Positions 49,402 to 60,411 of a DNA stretch of 64,000 bases are shown one piece after another (position 1 is the first letter of the stretch; each line of letters starts with the position of its first letter). The DNA lies in the NCBI GenBank assembly GCA_963787465.1, contig CAWBDD010000018.1, forward strand, positions 29,612-93,611, in the 5' to 3' direction. The notes under the pieces were generated by a model. That model ran no database searches. It saw only the letters and a program-made list of their open reading frames with translations, and was not told the DNA's origin. Source of the DNA: an uncultured Thermoplasmata archaeon (GTDB lineage: Archaea > Thermoplasmatota > Thermoplasmata > UBA10834). A program made the translations under genes and the position numbers.

Positions 49402-49953
49402 ATGCGACACCACATCAGGGGACCGAGCAAGAAGCTAGCCCCGACGATTGACTCAGAGACATCGTGCCCCCACACTTTCAACGACGAGGACGGGTTCGAG
49501 CTGGAGGTCGACTGCCAGGCCTGCCCCGGCGCCAGCGACCTCGGGAACAGGAGATGCGCCTCCGGCGTCACGAACATACTCGTCACGGGCGCCCTCCCTG
49601 AGGCAATCGTGCTCAAGAGGTACATCCACAAGAGGTTCAGAGGGGGGCAGGTCGACGCCTTGCGGGCCGCCGCCGAAGAACTCTGCGCCCTCAACCGCGC
49701 GATCTCTGCCGCCACCCCCCCGTCGGACAAGGAGTGTCGGACGTGTCCAGCCAGTACCAGGCGCGCGGTCGCGTCCCTCAGGGGACACCTGCTCGACGAC
49801 CCGGTTGGCTATGCCACAGGCTACGCCCGATTCTCCGACGAGCTCAGGTCCAAGGCGTCCGCCACGACATGCGCGAGGGCGCGCGCGTGCATCGACGACA
49901 CGCTCTCGGTTAGCACCCTGGAGAAGCGCAAGGGGTGTGAACGCCGTGGCTAG
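49402..49953 (+). CDS. Cys-rich protein preceding the secretion ATPase
   Basis: VDCQACP...RC, CRTC, CARARAC. Confidence 0.6.
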   Translation: MRHHIRGPSKKLAPTIDSETSCPHTFNDEDGFELEVDCQACPGASDLGNRRCASGVTNILVTGALPEAIVLKRYIHKRFRGGQVDALRAAAEELCALNRAISAATPPSDKECRTCPASTRRAVASLRGHLLDDPVGYATGYARFSDELRSKASATTCARARACIDDTLSVSTLEKRKGCERRG

Positions 49954-51704
49954 GTCTGCGCCGCCGAGGATACTCGGGACCGCGGTCCCCGCGCCAACGC
50001 CGCCAAGGAACGGACGCCCCCACCGGCCGGTCGCGGTCACCTCAACGCCCGCCGAGGGCCGTTACGACACCCGTCCCTGCTTCTCGCACTCGTGGGTCGA
50101 GCAGGATGCGTGCAAGCCGGGCAAGGAGGTCGCGAAGTACATCGTGGACGGGGTGCCAGTGAGGATAGTCAACAGGGAGGCCAGGAGCCACGGCGAGTAC
50201 ATCTTCGACCCTCCCGAGTACAGGCTCCCTCCCCGCCATCTCCAGACCCTCGGCGAGGCTTCGCGGGAGATCTCCGACGCCGTCCCCGCCGATGTCGAGC
50301 TCAACTCCCTTTGGATGCTCAGACCGTACATCAAGTCGAGGGCGAAGGACCTCATCTACCGGAAACTGGTCATGTCGGCCGACGAAGGGAGTGATGCGAA
50401 GGATGTCGACAGGGAGAGCGACTTCCTCGCGGACCTCCTGTGCAGGTACACGGCCGGATACGGCGCCCTCGAGATACTCCTCAAGGACCCGAACGTCCAG
50501 GACATCTACGTGGACGCACCCTCCAGCCAGACGCCTGTCGAGGTCGTGCTCAGGTCGGAGGTCGGCGGGGCGGTCCGACAGAAGTGTCGGACGAACCTGT
50601 ACGTGGGCGCGCGTGACCTGGCATCGCTCGTCTCGCGCGTGAAGTTCGAGACAGGGCAGGCCGTTCTCCGAGGCGCGACCCGTGCTGGAGGCGGACATGA
50701 CCCGGCTCGGGGCGAGGATCACTATAGTGGGCCCCCCATTGAGCGACAAGGGGCATCTCCGTCGCGATAAGGAAGCATTCGCCCGCCGCGTGGACGATGC
50801 CCGCCCTTGTGGCGAACGGCTCGTTGTCGCCGCTCCTGTCGAGCTTCCTGTGGGCGTGTGTCGTGGGCAGGAGGACCGCGCTGATCGCCGGGAGCAGGGG
50901 CGCGGGGAAGACCACGCTCCTCGGGGCCATGATGATGGAGTTCCCGCTCTCCCAGAGGATCGTGGTGATAGAAGACACCCCGGAGATACCGCTCAGGAGG
51001 CTCCAGGAGATCGGCTACGACCTCTCGTCGCTGAGGTTCACCTCGGACGGGCAGGACGACAAGGGCTCGGCCAGGGAGGCCCTCAGGGTGAGCCTTAGGA
51101 TGGGGGAGAGCGCCATCGTCATAGGCGAGGTGAGGGGCGAAGAGGCGAAGGTCCTGTACGAGAGCATGAGGGCCGGGAGCGCCGGGTCATCCGTGCTCGG
51201 GACCATCCACGGGAACTCCGCGAAGGGCGTCCTGGACAGGGCGGTCGAGGACCTCGGGGGTCTCCGAGAGGGCCTTCTCGTCCACGGACATCATCGTCGT
51301 GATCGGGCTCATGCGGTCGCCGGACGGCGCGACCTTCACCAGGAGGGTGACCCAGGTCACCGAGGTCAGGGAGGTCGATGGGAAGGTCGTTCTAGTCGAC
51401 CTCTTCGCCACCGACCCCGGATGCTCCTGCGCGAAGCCCACGGCGGAGTTCTCGCCGAGGTGCAAGACGATGATTGGCATCGCGGACGCCCTGGGCATCC
51501 ATCCCGAGTCAGCGATGGACATCGTGAAGACGCGCGCGCACGCCGACCAGATCATGTCGGAGGTCAGGCGGCGCCACCACATGCTCCGACTCCGTGCGGG
51601 TCGACTCCAACGAGTTCCTCGCCCAGGCGCTCTTCCTGCCGGAGGGGCCGGAGGCCGGGCTCGAGAGGTGGAGGGGATGGTATGCCGGGAACGGGTCGAG
51701 GTGA
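49946..51704 (+). CDS. Type II/IV secretion (CpaF/VirB11-like) ATPase, several apparent frameshifts
   Basis: GYGALEILLKDPNVQDIYVDAP; Walker A AGSRGAGKTT; VIEDTPE; GEVRGEEA; GTIHG across frames. Confidence 0.85.
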
Positions 51705-51708
51705 GGCA

Positions 51709-53508
51709 GTGCAAAGGCAGGGCTCCAGGTATGTGAGTGCATGCGCAACCCTTGCCATGATGGCCGACTGGCTCGGCGCCGGCCCTGCCGAGCCCCAGGG
51801 GAGCAGGAGGGGCGAGCCGCCAGAACCCCAGCGCATGGCGACTCTGAGGAAGGACCTGGAGCTCTCGATGCTCGGGGTCGGGGCGGGGACGGTGGCACGT
51901 GCCGCGAAGACCGCGGCGGTCCTGTCCGCCGCCGCGCTCGCATCCGCGACCGCCCTCGCGCTCCTCTTCCTGGGCACGACGCACGCGCTGGCACTGGCAT
52001 TCCTCACGATGGTAGTCCCGCTCCTCGCGGCCGAGGCCGTCAAGAGCTACCCTTCCGCGGTGGCTGCAAGGCGCGCCGCGGCGGTCCTCAAGGACTCGAC
52101 GGGGGCGGCCAACCTGATGATCATGAGCCTCAGGCACCAACCGTCGATACCGAAAGCGATCAGGTTCGCGACCAGCCGCAAGGACGAGTTCTCCAAGGAG
52201 CTGAGGAGGTGCACCTGGAACGTGGTCATGGGTCGACACCAGAGCTTCGAGGACGCCCTGCAGTCGCTCGGAGACAGGTGGGCGCAGCACAGCACTGAGC
52301 TGAAGGCCGCCCTCAACTCGATGGTCACCGCATCGTGCGAGGCGACCGAGGAGGGGAAGAGGAGGGCGCTGGACCGCGCGAACAGATCCATGGTGGCAGG
52401 GGCGAGGCGCAGGATAGAGGACTACGCGCTCTCGCTCTCGACCCCGAGCATGGTGATGTTCGGGATGGGCATCCTGCTTCCGATCATGGTCGGTTCCTTC
52501 CTGCCTATGATGTCGTGGGACCTGTGGTCCCCCGCGTCCGGCGGCCCGCCGTCGGAAGGGTCCTCCTCGAGCATCATCATCCAGACCGCGTTCATCATGA
52601 ATCTCGTGTTCCCGCTCGTTGCGTTCGTGGTGGCGAACGACGCCGCATCGAAGCACCCGCTCGAGAGGGCGGCCTCCGGTACACGGTACGGCGCCGCCGT
52701 CGGTATGACGGTCCCTGCGATCGCGGCGGCATCCTCCGCTGCGATGCTGCTCACCTCCCTGCTCCTCCTTGATGGGATGTGGATGGCCGCCTGCGTGCTC
52801 ATGTCCGTCATCCTGCCGCTCGCGGCCGTGCTGATGGCCATCGGACGCGGCGACCCTCGGTCGCCCAGCGGGAGCACGAGGACGGGGCTGGAGGACGGGC
52901 TGTTCCGGACCGGTGCCAGGATGCTCGAGGGCGAGAACTTCGAGACCGCCCTCAGGAGGTCGGCAGAGGACGTCGGGAGGGAGGACGGCATGTCGATGCG
53001 GCGGCTCGCGGTCGGGTCGTGCGTCCTCGGCCTGGACCTGGGCCAGGCGCTCTCGGAGGACAGGTCCCTGGCGGGGTCGAACGCCGCCGAGGCGTTCATG
53101 GTTGTCCGCGAGGCGGCCAGGAAGGACGAGCGCTCCGCGGGGCTGCTGGCGATGGACATCGCGGCCTATCTGCGGGACCTCAGGGAGCTCGAGTCGTCGT
53201 TGAAGAGCAGGCTCCGGCCGACCGTGTCGATGATGCGCATGACGGCGCACGTGCTCGGGCCGGTGGTGCTCGGCGTCACCTACTCGATATACCTGACCCT
53301 GTCGGGTATGCTGGACGGCCAGGGGATGGATCCCAGCTGGCTCTTCCTGATCCTCGGGGCCTTCCTCGCGGAGACCAACCTGGCGGTGACCTACTTCGTG
53401 TGGGGGATCCAAGGCAGGCCCGGGAAGAAGGCGCTGGCACGTTCGGCGGGGGCATGCCTGCTCGTGTCAGAACTCGTGTACACGGCCACGGCGGTGTTGG
53501 CCAGCTGA
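51709..53508 (+). CDS. TadB/TadC-like pilus assembly membrane protein
   Basis: Duplicated cytoplasmic domain plus TM architecture; GTG start right after the ATPase stop. Confidence 0.75.
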   Translation: MQRQGSRYVSACATLAMMADWLGAGPAEPQGSRRGEPPEPQRMATLRKDLELSMLGVGAGTVARAAKTAAVLSAAALASATALALLFLGTTHALALAFLTMVVPLLAAEAVKSYPSAVAARRAAAVLKDSTGAANLMIMSLRHQPSIPKAIRFATSRKDEFSKELRRCTWNVVMGRHQSFEDALQSLGDRWAQHSTELKAALNSMVTASCEATEEGKRRALDRANRSMVAGARRRIEDYALSLSTPSMVMFGMGILLPIMVGSFLPMMSWDLWSPASGGPPSEGSSSSIIIQTAFIMNLVFPLVAFVVANDAASKHPLERAASGTRYGAAVGMTVPAIAAASSAAMLLTSLLLLDGMWMAACVLMSVILPLAAVLMAIGRGDPRSPSGSTRTGLEDGLFRTGARMLEGENFETALRRSAEDVGREDGMSMRRLAVGSCVLGLDLGQALSEDRSLAGSNAAEAFMVVREAARKDERSAGLLAMDIAAYLRDLRELESSLKSRLRPTVSMMRMTAHVLGPVVLGVTYSIYLTLSGMLDGQGMDPSWLFLILGAFLAETNLAVTYFVWGIQGRPGKKALARSAGACLLVSELVYTATAVLAS

Positions 53509-53511
53509 GGA

Positions 53512-54072
53512 TCACACGTCGCCGATGCCCGGAATCCGCTCCATGTTCCTCTCGAGGAGGGCGACCTCCTTCGTCTCGAAGGCCCTCGGGTCGACGGGGA
53601 GGATCATCAGTGTTGAGCTCTGCGAGATGTGGTCGTTGACCTGGTCGATCATCCTGAGGACCTTCGCGAAGTCGTTGTTCGAGACCAGGTACTCTATACC
53701 GTCGAGGAGGATGACACCGTTCTCGTGCTCCTCGACGAAATTGATGAGCGTGTGGGTCAGGATGCCGAGGTTGGTCGGGGCGATCACATCAGGACCGGTC
53801 TTGGTGGCCAGCCAGTAGATGGGTGTCCTCTCCAGACCGTACTTCTGCCTGACGAGGTCCGGGTGCTGGCGCGTGACCGCAAGTCCGACGGGCTTCTTCC
53901 CCTCCTCGTGCGTGTTGATGAGGTTGGCGAAGGCGTCGAAGCTCATGTCGGGCGGGGACTCCTCCACGACGTACGCCCGCCCCTGCTGGAGCTTGTACTT
54001 CCTCGATATGCCGAGGCTGCTCTCCTTGTCGGCCTTCTTGTCCTTGGACTTCTTGAATAGGAAGAGGCTCAT
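53512..54072 (-). CDS. Stand-alone DUF835 protein
   Basis: GLAVTRQHP, IYWL, IAPTNL, VILLDGIEYLVSNNDF. Confidence 0.85.
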   Translation of the reverse strand: MSLFLFKKSKDKKADKESSLGISRKYKLQQGRAYVVEESPPDMSFDAFANLINTHEEGKKPVGLAVTRQHPDLVRQKYGLERTPIYWLATKTGPDVIAPTNLGILTHTLINFVEEHENGVILLDGIEYLVSNNDFAKVLRMIDQVNDHISQSSTLMILPVDPRAFETKEVALLERNMERIPGIGDV

Positions 54073-54076
54073 CTGC

Positions 54077-54442
54077 TCAGTCGCTCCACATCGCGAGGAC
54101 CGAGCTCAGGGCGATCGCGTTCGTGGGCTTCAGGAGGAAGTCCTTCGCGCCCGCGTCCAGGCTCTGGCGGATCATCGTCTTGTTTATGATGGAACTCATG
54201 GCGATGACCGTCGCGGACGGGTCGGCCGCGATGATCTCCTTGGTGACCTCGACCCCGGACTTGCCAGGGAGGATCATGTCCACGAAAGTGAACTTGGGCC
54301 GCTCGCGCTTGAACACCTCGACGGCCTGCTCGAAGTCCTCCGCCTCGAGTATGTCATGGAATCCCGCGCGCACAAGAAGCTCCATCATGACCTTCCTGAA
54401 GGCCTCCGAGTCGTCCACGACGAGGATTTTCAGATGAATCAC
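54077..54442 (-). CDS. Single-domain CheY-like response regulator
   Basis: ILVVDDS, FVDMILPGKSG, GAKDFLLKP. Confidence 0.9.
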   Translation of the reverse strand: MIHLKILVVDDSEAFRKVMMELLVRAGFHDILEAEDFEQAVEVFKRERPKFTFVDMILPGKSGVEVTKEIIAADPSATVIAMSSIINKTMIRQSLDAGAKDFLLKPTNAIALSSVLAMWSD

Positions 54443-54768
54443 CTAGACATGTCCGAATCGCCGTCAGCGATATTATAGCTTGTCAGGGGAAGGGTGAGAT
54501 GGGCAGGCAATTGATTTCCTGACGCCAGGCCCTTCCTCCATAATGTTTTGGAGCACGGTTCCTCAAAGGTAGCGTGCGACAAGGGAAGGGACTTACAGGC
54601 TACCCATCTCGGGTATGTCTTGTCCCCGCGAGGCCTTAAATCTTGCCCCTCGCCAGCTCCGTCGAGCCTGCGTGAAGGGGAGGCAAGGAACAAATAATAT
54701 ATACGAGCACGGGCATTCTTCACAAAACCACTTCTGATACCATCAGTTTTCATCGACGGTGTTATTTC

Positions 54769-55407
54769 ATGAACGATGATGGAATGGTCAAGAAAGGCAC
54801 GACCACGATAGGGCTAGTCTGCAAGGAAGGAGTAGTCTTGGCCACGGAGATGAGGGCCACGATGGGCACGCTCATCGCCCACAAGACGACCCAGAAGCTG
54901 TTCAAGATCGACGACAACCTCGGCCTCACAGTCGCCGGGACGGTCGGCGACGCCCAGACCCTCGCGAGGTACATAACCGCAGAGGTTGAGCTCTACAAGC
55001 TCAAGAGGGGACAGCCGATGTCCGTCAGGTCCGCGGCGACACTCACCTCGAACATACTCGCCGGGAGCAGATACTACCCGTACTGGGTCGGCCTGATCAT
55101 AGGCGGGGTCGACCGCGACGGGAGCCACGTCTACTCGCTCGACATGGTCGGCGGGGCGATCCCCGACGAGTTCGTCACGACCGGCTCCGGTTCGCCGTAC
55201 GTGTACGGTGTCCTGGAGGACCACTTCCAGAAGGGGATGACGATGAGCGACACGGTCGACTTGGCCGTCAGGAGCCTGCACGCCGCGATGAAGCGCGATT
55301 CTGCGTCCGGTGACGGCATGTCAATCGTATCCATAACGCCGGAGGCCTTCACGCCGCTGGACGAGAAGGACATCCAGAAGCGCGTGGCGAGGATGAAGCT
55401 CACCTAG
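54769..55407 (+). CDS. psmB: Proteasome subunit beta
   Basis: KG|TTTIGL, AGTVGDAQ, GSGS, RDSASGDG. Confidence 0.96.
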   Translation: MNDDGMVKKGTTTIGLVCKEGVVLATEMRATMGTLIAHKTTQKLFKIDDNLGLTVAGTVGDAQTLARYITAEVELYKLKRGQPMSVRSAATLTSNILAGSRYYPYWVGLIIGGVDRDGSHVYSLDMVGGAIPDEFVTTGSGSPYVYGVLEDHFQKGMTMSDTVDLAVRSLHAAMKRDSASGDGMSIVSITPEAFTPLDEKDIQKRVARMKLT

Positions 55408-55484
55408 ATGGCATCCAAGGCATCACGGGCGGCTTCCGTGCCGCACCACGACCGACAAGAATCACATTCAGCTGAGTGAATCCA

Positions 55485-57398
55485 ATGGGCATAGAGAAGG
55501 TTCTAGAAGAAGCCAGGGAGGCAGTGAGGAAGACCATCCCCTCCCACATCGAGGTCACCGACGTGGACTTCGAGGGGCCGGTGATAGTCATTTACACCCG
55601 CAACCTCGAGGAGTTCGCGCACAACAACGACCTCGTCCGTCAGCTGGCGCAGTCCCTCAGGAGGAGGGTAGCGATAAGACCAGACCCCAAGATGCTGGCG
55701 GAGACCGAGAGCGCCGAGGAGCGCATCAGGAAGATCATTCCGGACGAGGCGAAGATAACCAACATCTACTTCGAGGACGACACTGGCGAGGTGACCATCG
55801 AGGCGCTCTCGCCCGGTCTCGTGATCGGCAAGCACGGGGCGGTCCTCAACGAGATCAAGAAGGAGATAGGCTGGGCGCCGAAGGTCGTCAGGGCGCCCCC
55901 GATACCCTCCAAGACCGTGAGCGACATCCGCACCTACCTCAGGAAGGTCCAGGACGAGAGGAAGGACTTCCTCCGGAAGGTGGGGAAGAAGCTGATGCGC
56001 CAGAAGGCCTCCGATGACACCATCCTGAGGATCACCGCGCTCGGCGGCTTCCGCGAGGTCGGAAGGAGCGCCGCCCTGCTGATGACCAGGGAGAGCAAGG
56101 TGCTCATAGACTGCGGCGTCGCGGTATCCGCGGACGAGAACGGCTCCACGCCCTACCTGAACGCCCCCGAGCTCCAGCCACTTGACTCAATTGATGGCGT
56201 CGTCGTGACGCACGCACACCTCGACCACTCCGGACTCGTCCCCGCCCTGTTCAAGTACGGCTACGAGGGCCCGATATACTGCACGCCTCCGACCAGGGAC
56301 CTGATGTCCCTGCTCCAGGTCGATTTCATCAAGGTCGCGGTCGGCGAGGCGAAGAAGGCGCCCTACGAATCTTCGCACGTGCGCGAGACGGTCATGCACT
56401 GCATCCCCCTCAAGTACGGCGAGACCACAGACATCTCACCAGACATCAGGCTCACGTTCCAGAACGCCGGGCACATCCTCGGCTCCGCGATCGCCCACTT
56501 CCACGTCGGCGACGGACTCTACAACATCGCATTCTCTGGCGACATCAAGTTCGAGAAGTCCTGGCTCTTCAACGCCACGGTGAACAAGTTCCCAAGGCTG
56601 GAGACCCTGGTCATAGAATCGACCTACGGCGGGTACCACGACATGCAGCCCAGCCGGCAGGAGGCGGCCAACCAGATGAAGGAGATCGTCAGGACCGCCC
56701 TCGCGAGGGGCGGCAAGGTCCTCATCCCCGTCTTCGCAGTCGGGAGGTCCCAGGAGGTCATGCTCGTCCTCGAGGAAGGGATGAGGAACCACCAGATCCA
56801 GAGGGCCCCCATCTACCTCGACGGGATGATATGGGAGGCCACGGCCATCCACACGGCGTACCCCGAGTACCTGAACAGCCAGCTCAGGACCCAGATCTTC
56901 CAGATGGGTGAGAACCCGTTCCTGTCCGACATCTTCAAGCGTGTCGACAGCTCCGAGATGAGGGAGCGCATCGCCCACGACCCCGAGCCATGCATCGTGC
57001 TCGCGACGAGCGGCATGATGAACGGAGGGCCGGTCATGGAGTACTTCAAGTCATGGTGCGACAACCAGCAGAACACCCTCGTCTTCGTCGGGTTCCAGGG
57101 CGAGGGGACCATGGGTCGCAAGATCCAGAAGGGCTGGAACGACATCACTCTCAACGACCGCGGGAAGCAGCTCACCCTACACATGAGGATGGACGTCGAG
57201 ACGGTGGACGGGTTCTCCGGCCACTCGGACAGGCGCCAGCTGGTCAACTACATAAGCACCCTGGAGCCGAGGCCAGAGCGCATCATCATCGGCCACGGCG
57301 AGGACTTCAAGTGCTCCGACCTCGCGAGCACCATCTACAAGAAGTTCGGGATCGAGACGCGCGCGCCGATGAACCTCGAGACCATCAGGCTGAAGTGA
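55485..57398 (+). CDS. fttA: beta-CASP ribonuclease aCPSF1 (transcription termination factor FttA)
   Basis: KH domains, LGGFREVGRS, THAHLDH, DGFSGHSD, NLETIRL; psmB-linked. Confidence 0.96.
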   Translation: MGIEKVLEEAREAVRKTIPSHIEVTDVDFEGPVIVIYTRNLEEFAHNNDLVRQLAQSLRRRVAIRPDPKMLAETESAEERIRKIIPDEAKITNIYFEDDTGEVTIEALSPGLVIGKHGAVLNEIKKEIGWAPKVVRAPPIPSKTVSDIRTYLRKVQDERKDFLRKVGKKLMRQKASDDTILRITALGGFREVGRSAALLMTRESKVLIDCGVAVSADENGSTPYLNAPELQPLDSIDGVVVTHAHLDHSGLVPALFKYGYEGPIYCTPPTRDLMSLLQVDFIKVAVGEAKKAPYESSHVRETVMHCIPLKYGETTDISPDIRLTFQNAGHILGSAIAHFHVGDGLYNIAFSGDIKFEKSWLFNATVNKFPRLETLVIESTYGGYHDMQPSRQEAANQMKEIVRTALARGGKVLIPVFAVGRSQEVMLVLEEGMRNHQIQRAPIYLDGMIWEATAIHTAYPEYLNSQLRTQIFQMGENPFLSDIFKRVDSSEMRERIAHDPEPCIVLATSGMMNGGPVMEYFKSWCDNQQNTLVFVGFQGEGTMGRKIQKGWNDITLNDRGKQLTLHMRMDVETVDGFSGHSDRRQLVNYISTLEPRPERIIIGHGEDFKCSDLASTIYKKFGIETRAPMNLETIRLK

Positions 57399-57402
57399 GC
57401 GC

Positions 57403-58329
57403 TCACCGGACGGACAGCCTCTCGCCCTTTCTGCCGACCAGGACGACCCTGCTGTCCTCCCTCTCCGCGAGCAGGTCCATGGAGAGACGGGAGGCCAGTC
57501 TCCCCGAGAACTCCCTCACCGAGGAGTGGGATGGCATGTTGTCGATCGTCATCCTCGTCCGCGAGTCGCCGACGAACACATAGCCCTTGGGTTCGATGAA
57601 GGTCGGGTCCGCGCGCTCGTCCAGCTTCGCGTACTCGTCCTCCCAGCCCAGGTTCCACCCCTTCACGAGGGTGTGCCGCACCACCGTGCGCGTGGACAGC
57701 GACGGCAGGAGGTCCAGGGTCGCCATCAGGTTCTCCCAGGCCCGCGGGAACTGCGGCACGCAGAGCCTCTCGAAGATGTCCTCGTTCGGTGCGGCGACCG
57801 TTACGTACAGCTGCGTGGGAAGGGTGGACAGGTTGGCCAGCGCCTCTGGGACAGAGCCGTTCGTGACGAGGAAAGTGGTCATCCCCCTCCGCTTGCACAG
57901 CGCGATGAACTCGCCCAGATCGGGGTACAAGGTCGGCTCACCAGAGAGTGATATGGCCACCTGGTTCGGCGTCCTAGCCTCCTCCCAGAGCTTGGGGTCG
58001 CAACGCTCGTCTCCCTTGAACCCTGACACGAGGAGCCTCTGCTCCTCCATGCACCTGTCCAGGAGGCGCTCTGGCTCCGGGTATCCGCCCTCCCCGAAGC
58101 CCGTCATGCCGTGGTACCTCCAACAGAACAGGCATCTCAGGTTGCAGACGTTGACGGCAGGGGTCATCTGCAGGCATCTGTGGCATTCGATGCCGTAGAA
58201 CTCCTCCTTGTAACACGAGCGGCCGTGTATCAGCTTCTGTCGCATCCAGTGGCACAGCTTCACCGCTCCGGCACCGTCGATGACGCGGTACTGCTGCCTC
58301 TCCAGGTGCTCCCTTGTCCTTTCGTCCAA
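57403..58329 (-). CDS. taw1: 4-demethylwyosine synthase (radical SAM)
   Basis: VKLCHW, CYKEEFYGIECHRCLQMTP, CNLRCLFCWR, ISLSGEPT. Confidence 0.95.
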   Translation of the reverse strand: MDERTREHLERQQYRVIDGAGAVKLCHWMRQKLIHGRSCYKEEFYGIECHRCLQMTPAVNVCNLRCLFCWRYHGMTGFGEGGYPEPERLLDRCMEEQRLLVSGFKGDERCDPKLWEEARTPNQVAISLSGEPTLYPDLGEFIALCKRRGMTTFLVTNGSVPEALANLSTLPTQLYVTVAAPNEDIFERLCVPQFPRAWENLMATLDLLPSLSTRTVVRHTLVKGWNLGWEDEYAKLDERADPTFIEPKGYVFVGDSRTRMTIDNMPSHSSVREFSGRLASRLSMDLLAEREDSRVVLVGRKGERLSVR

Positions 58330-58338
58330 CGAGACCCC

Positions 58339-59635
58339 TCAGAAGTCCGTCAGGCTCCTCTTCCCCCTTCCGCCGGGCTTCGAGCCCGTCCTGCCAGCGC
58401 GGTCAGAGGGCCAGCTGCCCTTCACTGCCCTCACCTTCGCGACGATCTCGGAGACCTCCTTCGAATCCGGTTCGGTCCCGAGCAGATAGGCAATGTCACC
58501 CTCATCCAGCCCCGCACCGGTCGCCAGCCTCACCACGAAGTCCTTGTCCCTCCTCGCGAGCTCGGACAGGTACGGGAGGGTGGATTCCGCCACCCGTCTC
58601 GGCGATGCGTGGAGCACGGCTCCCAGCTTCCTGCACACGGATTCCCGGATCGTCCTCTGCCCCTTTGCGCGGGAGAGGACCATGAACTGCTGGGGGAAAC
58701 CGTAGTCTTCCACATGTGGCCGCGGGCTCGCGCCCCTCGACAGAGCCACACCACCCGTCATCAAGTCCTTCGCATGGGCCCAGAACCTGTAGTGTTGGAG
58801 CTTCCGCGTCCTCCCCAGATATACATCCGAACGAGAAAGCGCATCGAAGGCCGCGGCGACCTCCTCCGGCGTCCTGAACTCCCGGGTGATGCCCTCCTCG
58901 ATCCACTTCTCGAGCTCGTCCGGCGTCACGTCCAGGTCCATGGTCGCGTCCCTCGCGGCCTTCAACGTCCTTGCGCCAAAGACGCTCCTAAGCGCCACTG
59001 CCAGCTCCTTCTCCTGGTTCCTCTTACCCAGGGCGCCGGTGTCGCTCGACGAGACCGTCGACCTTCCCTCGACGAGCATCTGCAGGTCGTTGACCGCGGC
59101 CCGTAGGTCCCCCCCCAGCGTTGCCAGCTATGCTCTCCAGAGGCCCTTGCTCGACCGAGATGCCTCGACGCGGGCAACTCCTCGTCAGGACGTCGACGAC
59201 CACGCGTTTATCAGCGCCCATAGTCGTCTACGATGAGAATGATGGGCTGGCTCGATGACTTGATGACGTCCACTATCGCTTTCGCGCCGCCGTAGTCCCC
59301 TCCGTGGCGCGCCTTGTCCAGGACTATTAGCTTCATCCTGCCCTGGGCCGTTGACTTGAACTCCCCGTCGAGGGTCAACTGTCTGGGCATACCGCACCCT
59401 GGCGATGCGTTCAATTCGACTCGGCGTTCCTGTGGTCAGACGCGTTCATCGACCATGTCCCAGCCATAGTCGTTGCGCCAACGCCGAGCTGAGTCTTGCC
59501 TATTCCGGGGCTCCCCCATCAACACGAGCGCCTTCTTCTGAGGGATGCCTCTGACGATGCATCAGCCCACCGCTTCATGTGCGAACGGCTTTCAGACCTC
59601 GGCAAGAGTCTTGGGCTCTTGGTCCACTTTCGCAT
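58339..59635 (-). CDS. rfcL: Replication factor C large subunit; 3' half intact, 5' half (59100-59635) garbled inside the palindrome arm
   Basis: GDLRAAVNDLQ, ALSRSDVYLGR, terminal PIP-like KRSLTDF; the 5' part is the deletion-ridden mirror of 63486-64000. Confidence 0.9.
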
Positions 59636-59783
59636 CTCGACCGCGCGATAGGGCATCAAGGACTTAATCCCGCGGGGTCTCGTGGCGCGCTTCTATTGGC
59701 AGGGGTGCGGCAGCCCCTGTTCAGACCGACATTTAACCAAATATATGTGTAAAATGTTTATATGGAAATAGTTTAGCATGATG

Positions 59784-60411
59784 CTACAGTCGCAGAGCAG
59801 CCAAGGAGCTCGAGTGGTTCGGACTGGCGGAAACCCCCTCCTCGTCCCGAGCCGTCCCAGCCTCCCCTGATTCATCAGACCGTGATGCCCGGGAGGAGAC
59901 GTCTGGACAGGTGCCCTTGCGGTCGTCCATCGTGAGGTATGCGCGACCTCGATGTGGGAGTGCCCCAAGGGCGGAGAACCTGAGGTCTATGCTAATAGTC
60001 AGTGCCTGGACGGCGTGAGTGTGTCTTAGGAACTGCTGCGGGTGGCGCTTATCTGGCTCGATGCCGACCTTCTCGGCGTAGTTGGAGACCAGCCGCTCCA
60101 CCTGCCGCCTGGACAGCGGGCCACGCTTGTTCGAGACGAAGAGCGGATCTTCCGGTTCTTCCTCGTGCCGATATAGTCGTGGAGCATCGTCTTGGTCCAA
60201 CTGTTATTTTTGGAACCTCGCGGCTCCTGAGCCTCTTCGCCCTCTGAATCGTTACCTCGCTCGATGCTCACCGATTGTCAAGGACGAATGGCTCGCCGAC
60301 CCTCATCCCCGTTTCGTACATGAGTCGCAATTGCAATTACAATTGGATCGTGCATCGTCTAGGAGCTTCGAGCAACGCCTTTAGCTCGTCCTCCTTGAGA
60401 TACTTTCTCAT
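59784..60411 (-). pseudogene. Error-rich mirror copy of the tyrosine recombinase (probably the unpolished fold-back arm, not a true pseudogene)
   Basis: Fragments NSWTKTMLHDYIGTRK and DPLFVSNKRGPLSRRQVERL identical to the 62681..63334 product. Confidence 0.85.

Noticed and set aside
51187..53412. Long antisense ORFs (741 aa here, also 8568..9773 and others)
   Set aside because: Shadow frames of high-GC coding genes with no protein motifs.
50797..53508. 903-aa ORF suggesting an ATPase-TadC fusion
   Set aside because: The ATPase leaves this frame near 51260 and ends at its own stop (51704); the membrane gene starts at 51709. The fusion is a frameshift by-product.
58339..60411. Genuine pseudogenised duplicates of rfcL and the recombinase
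   Set aside because: Differences from the right arm are mostly short deletions typical of raw-read error, and the only intact rfcL 3' half is joined to the garbled 5' half.
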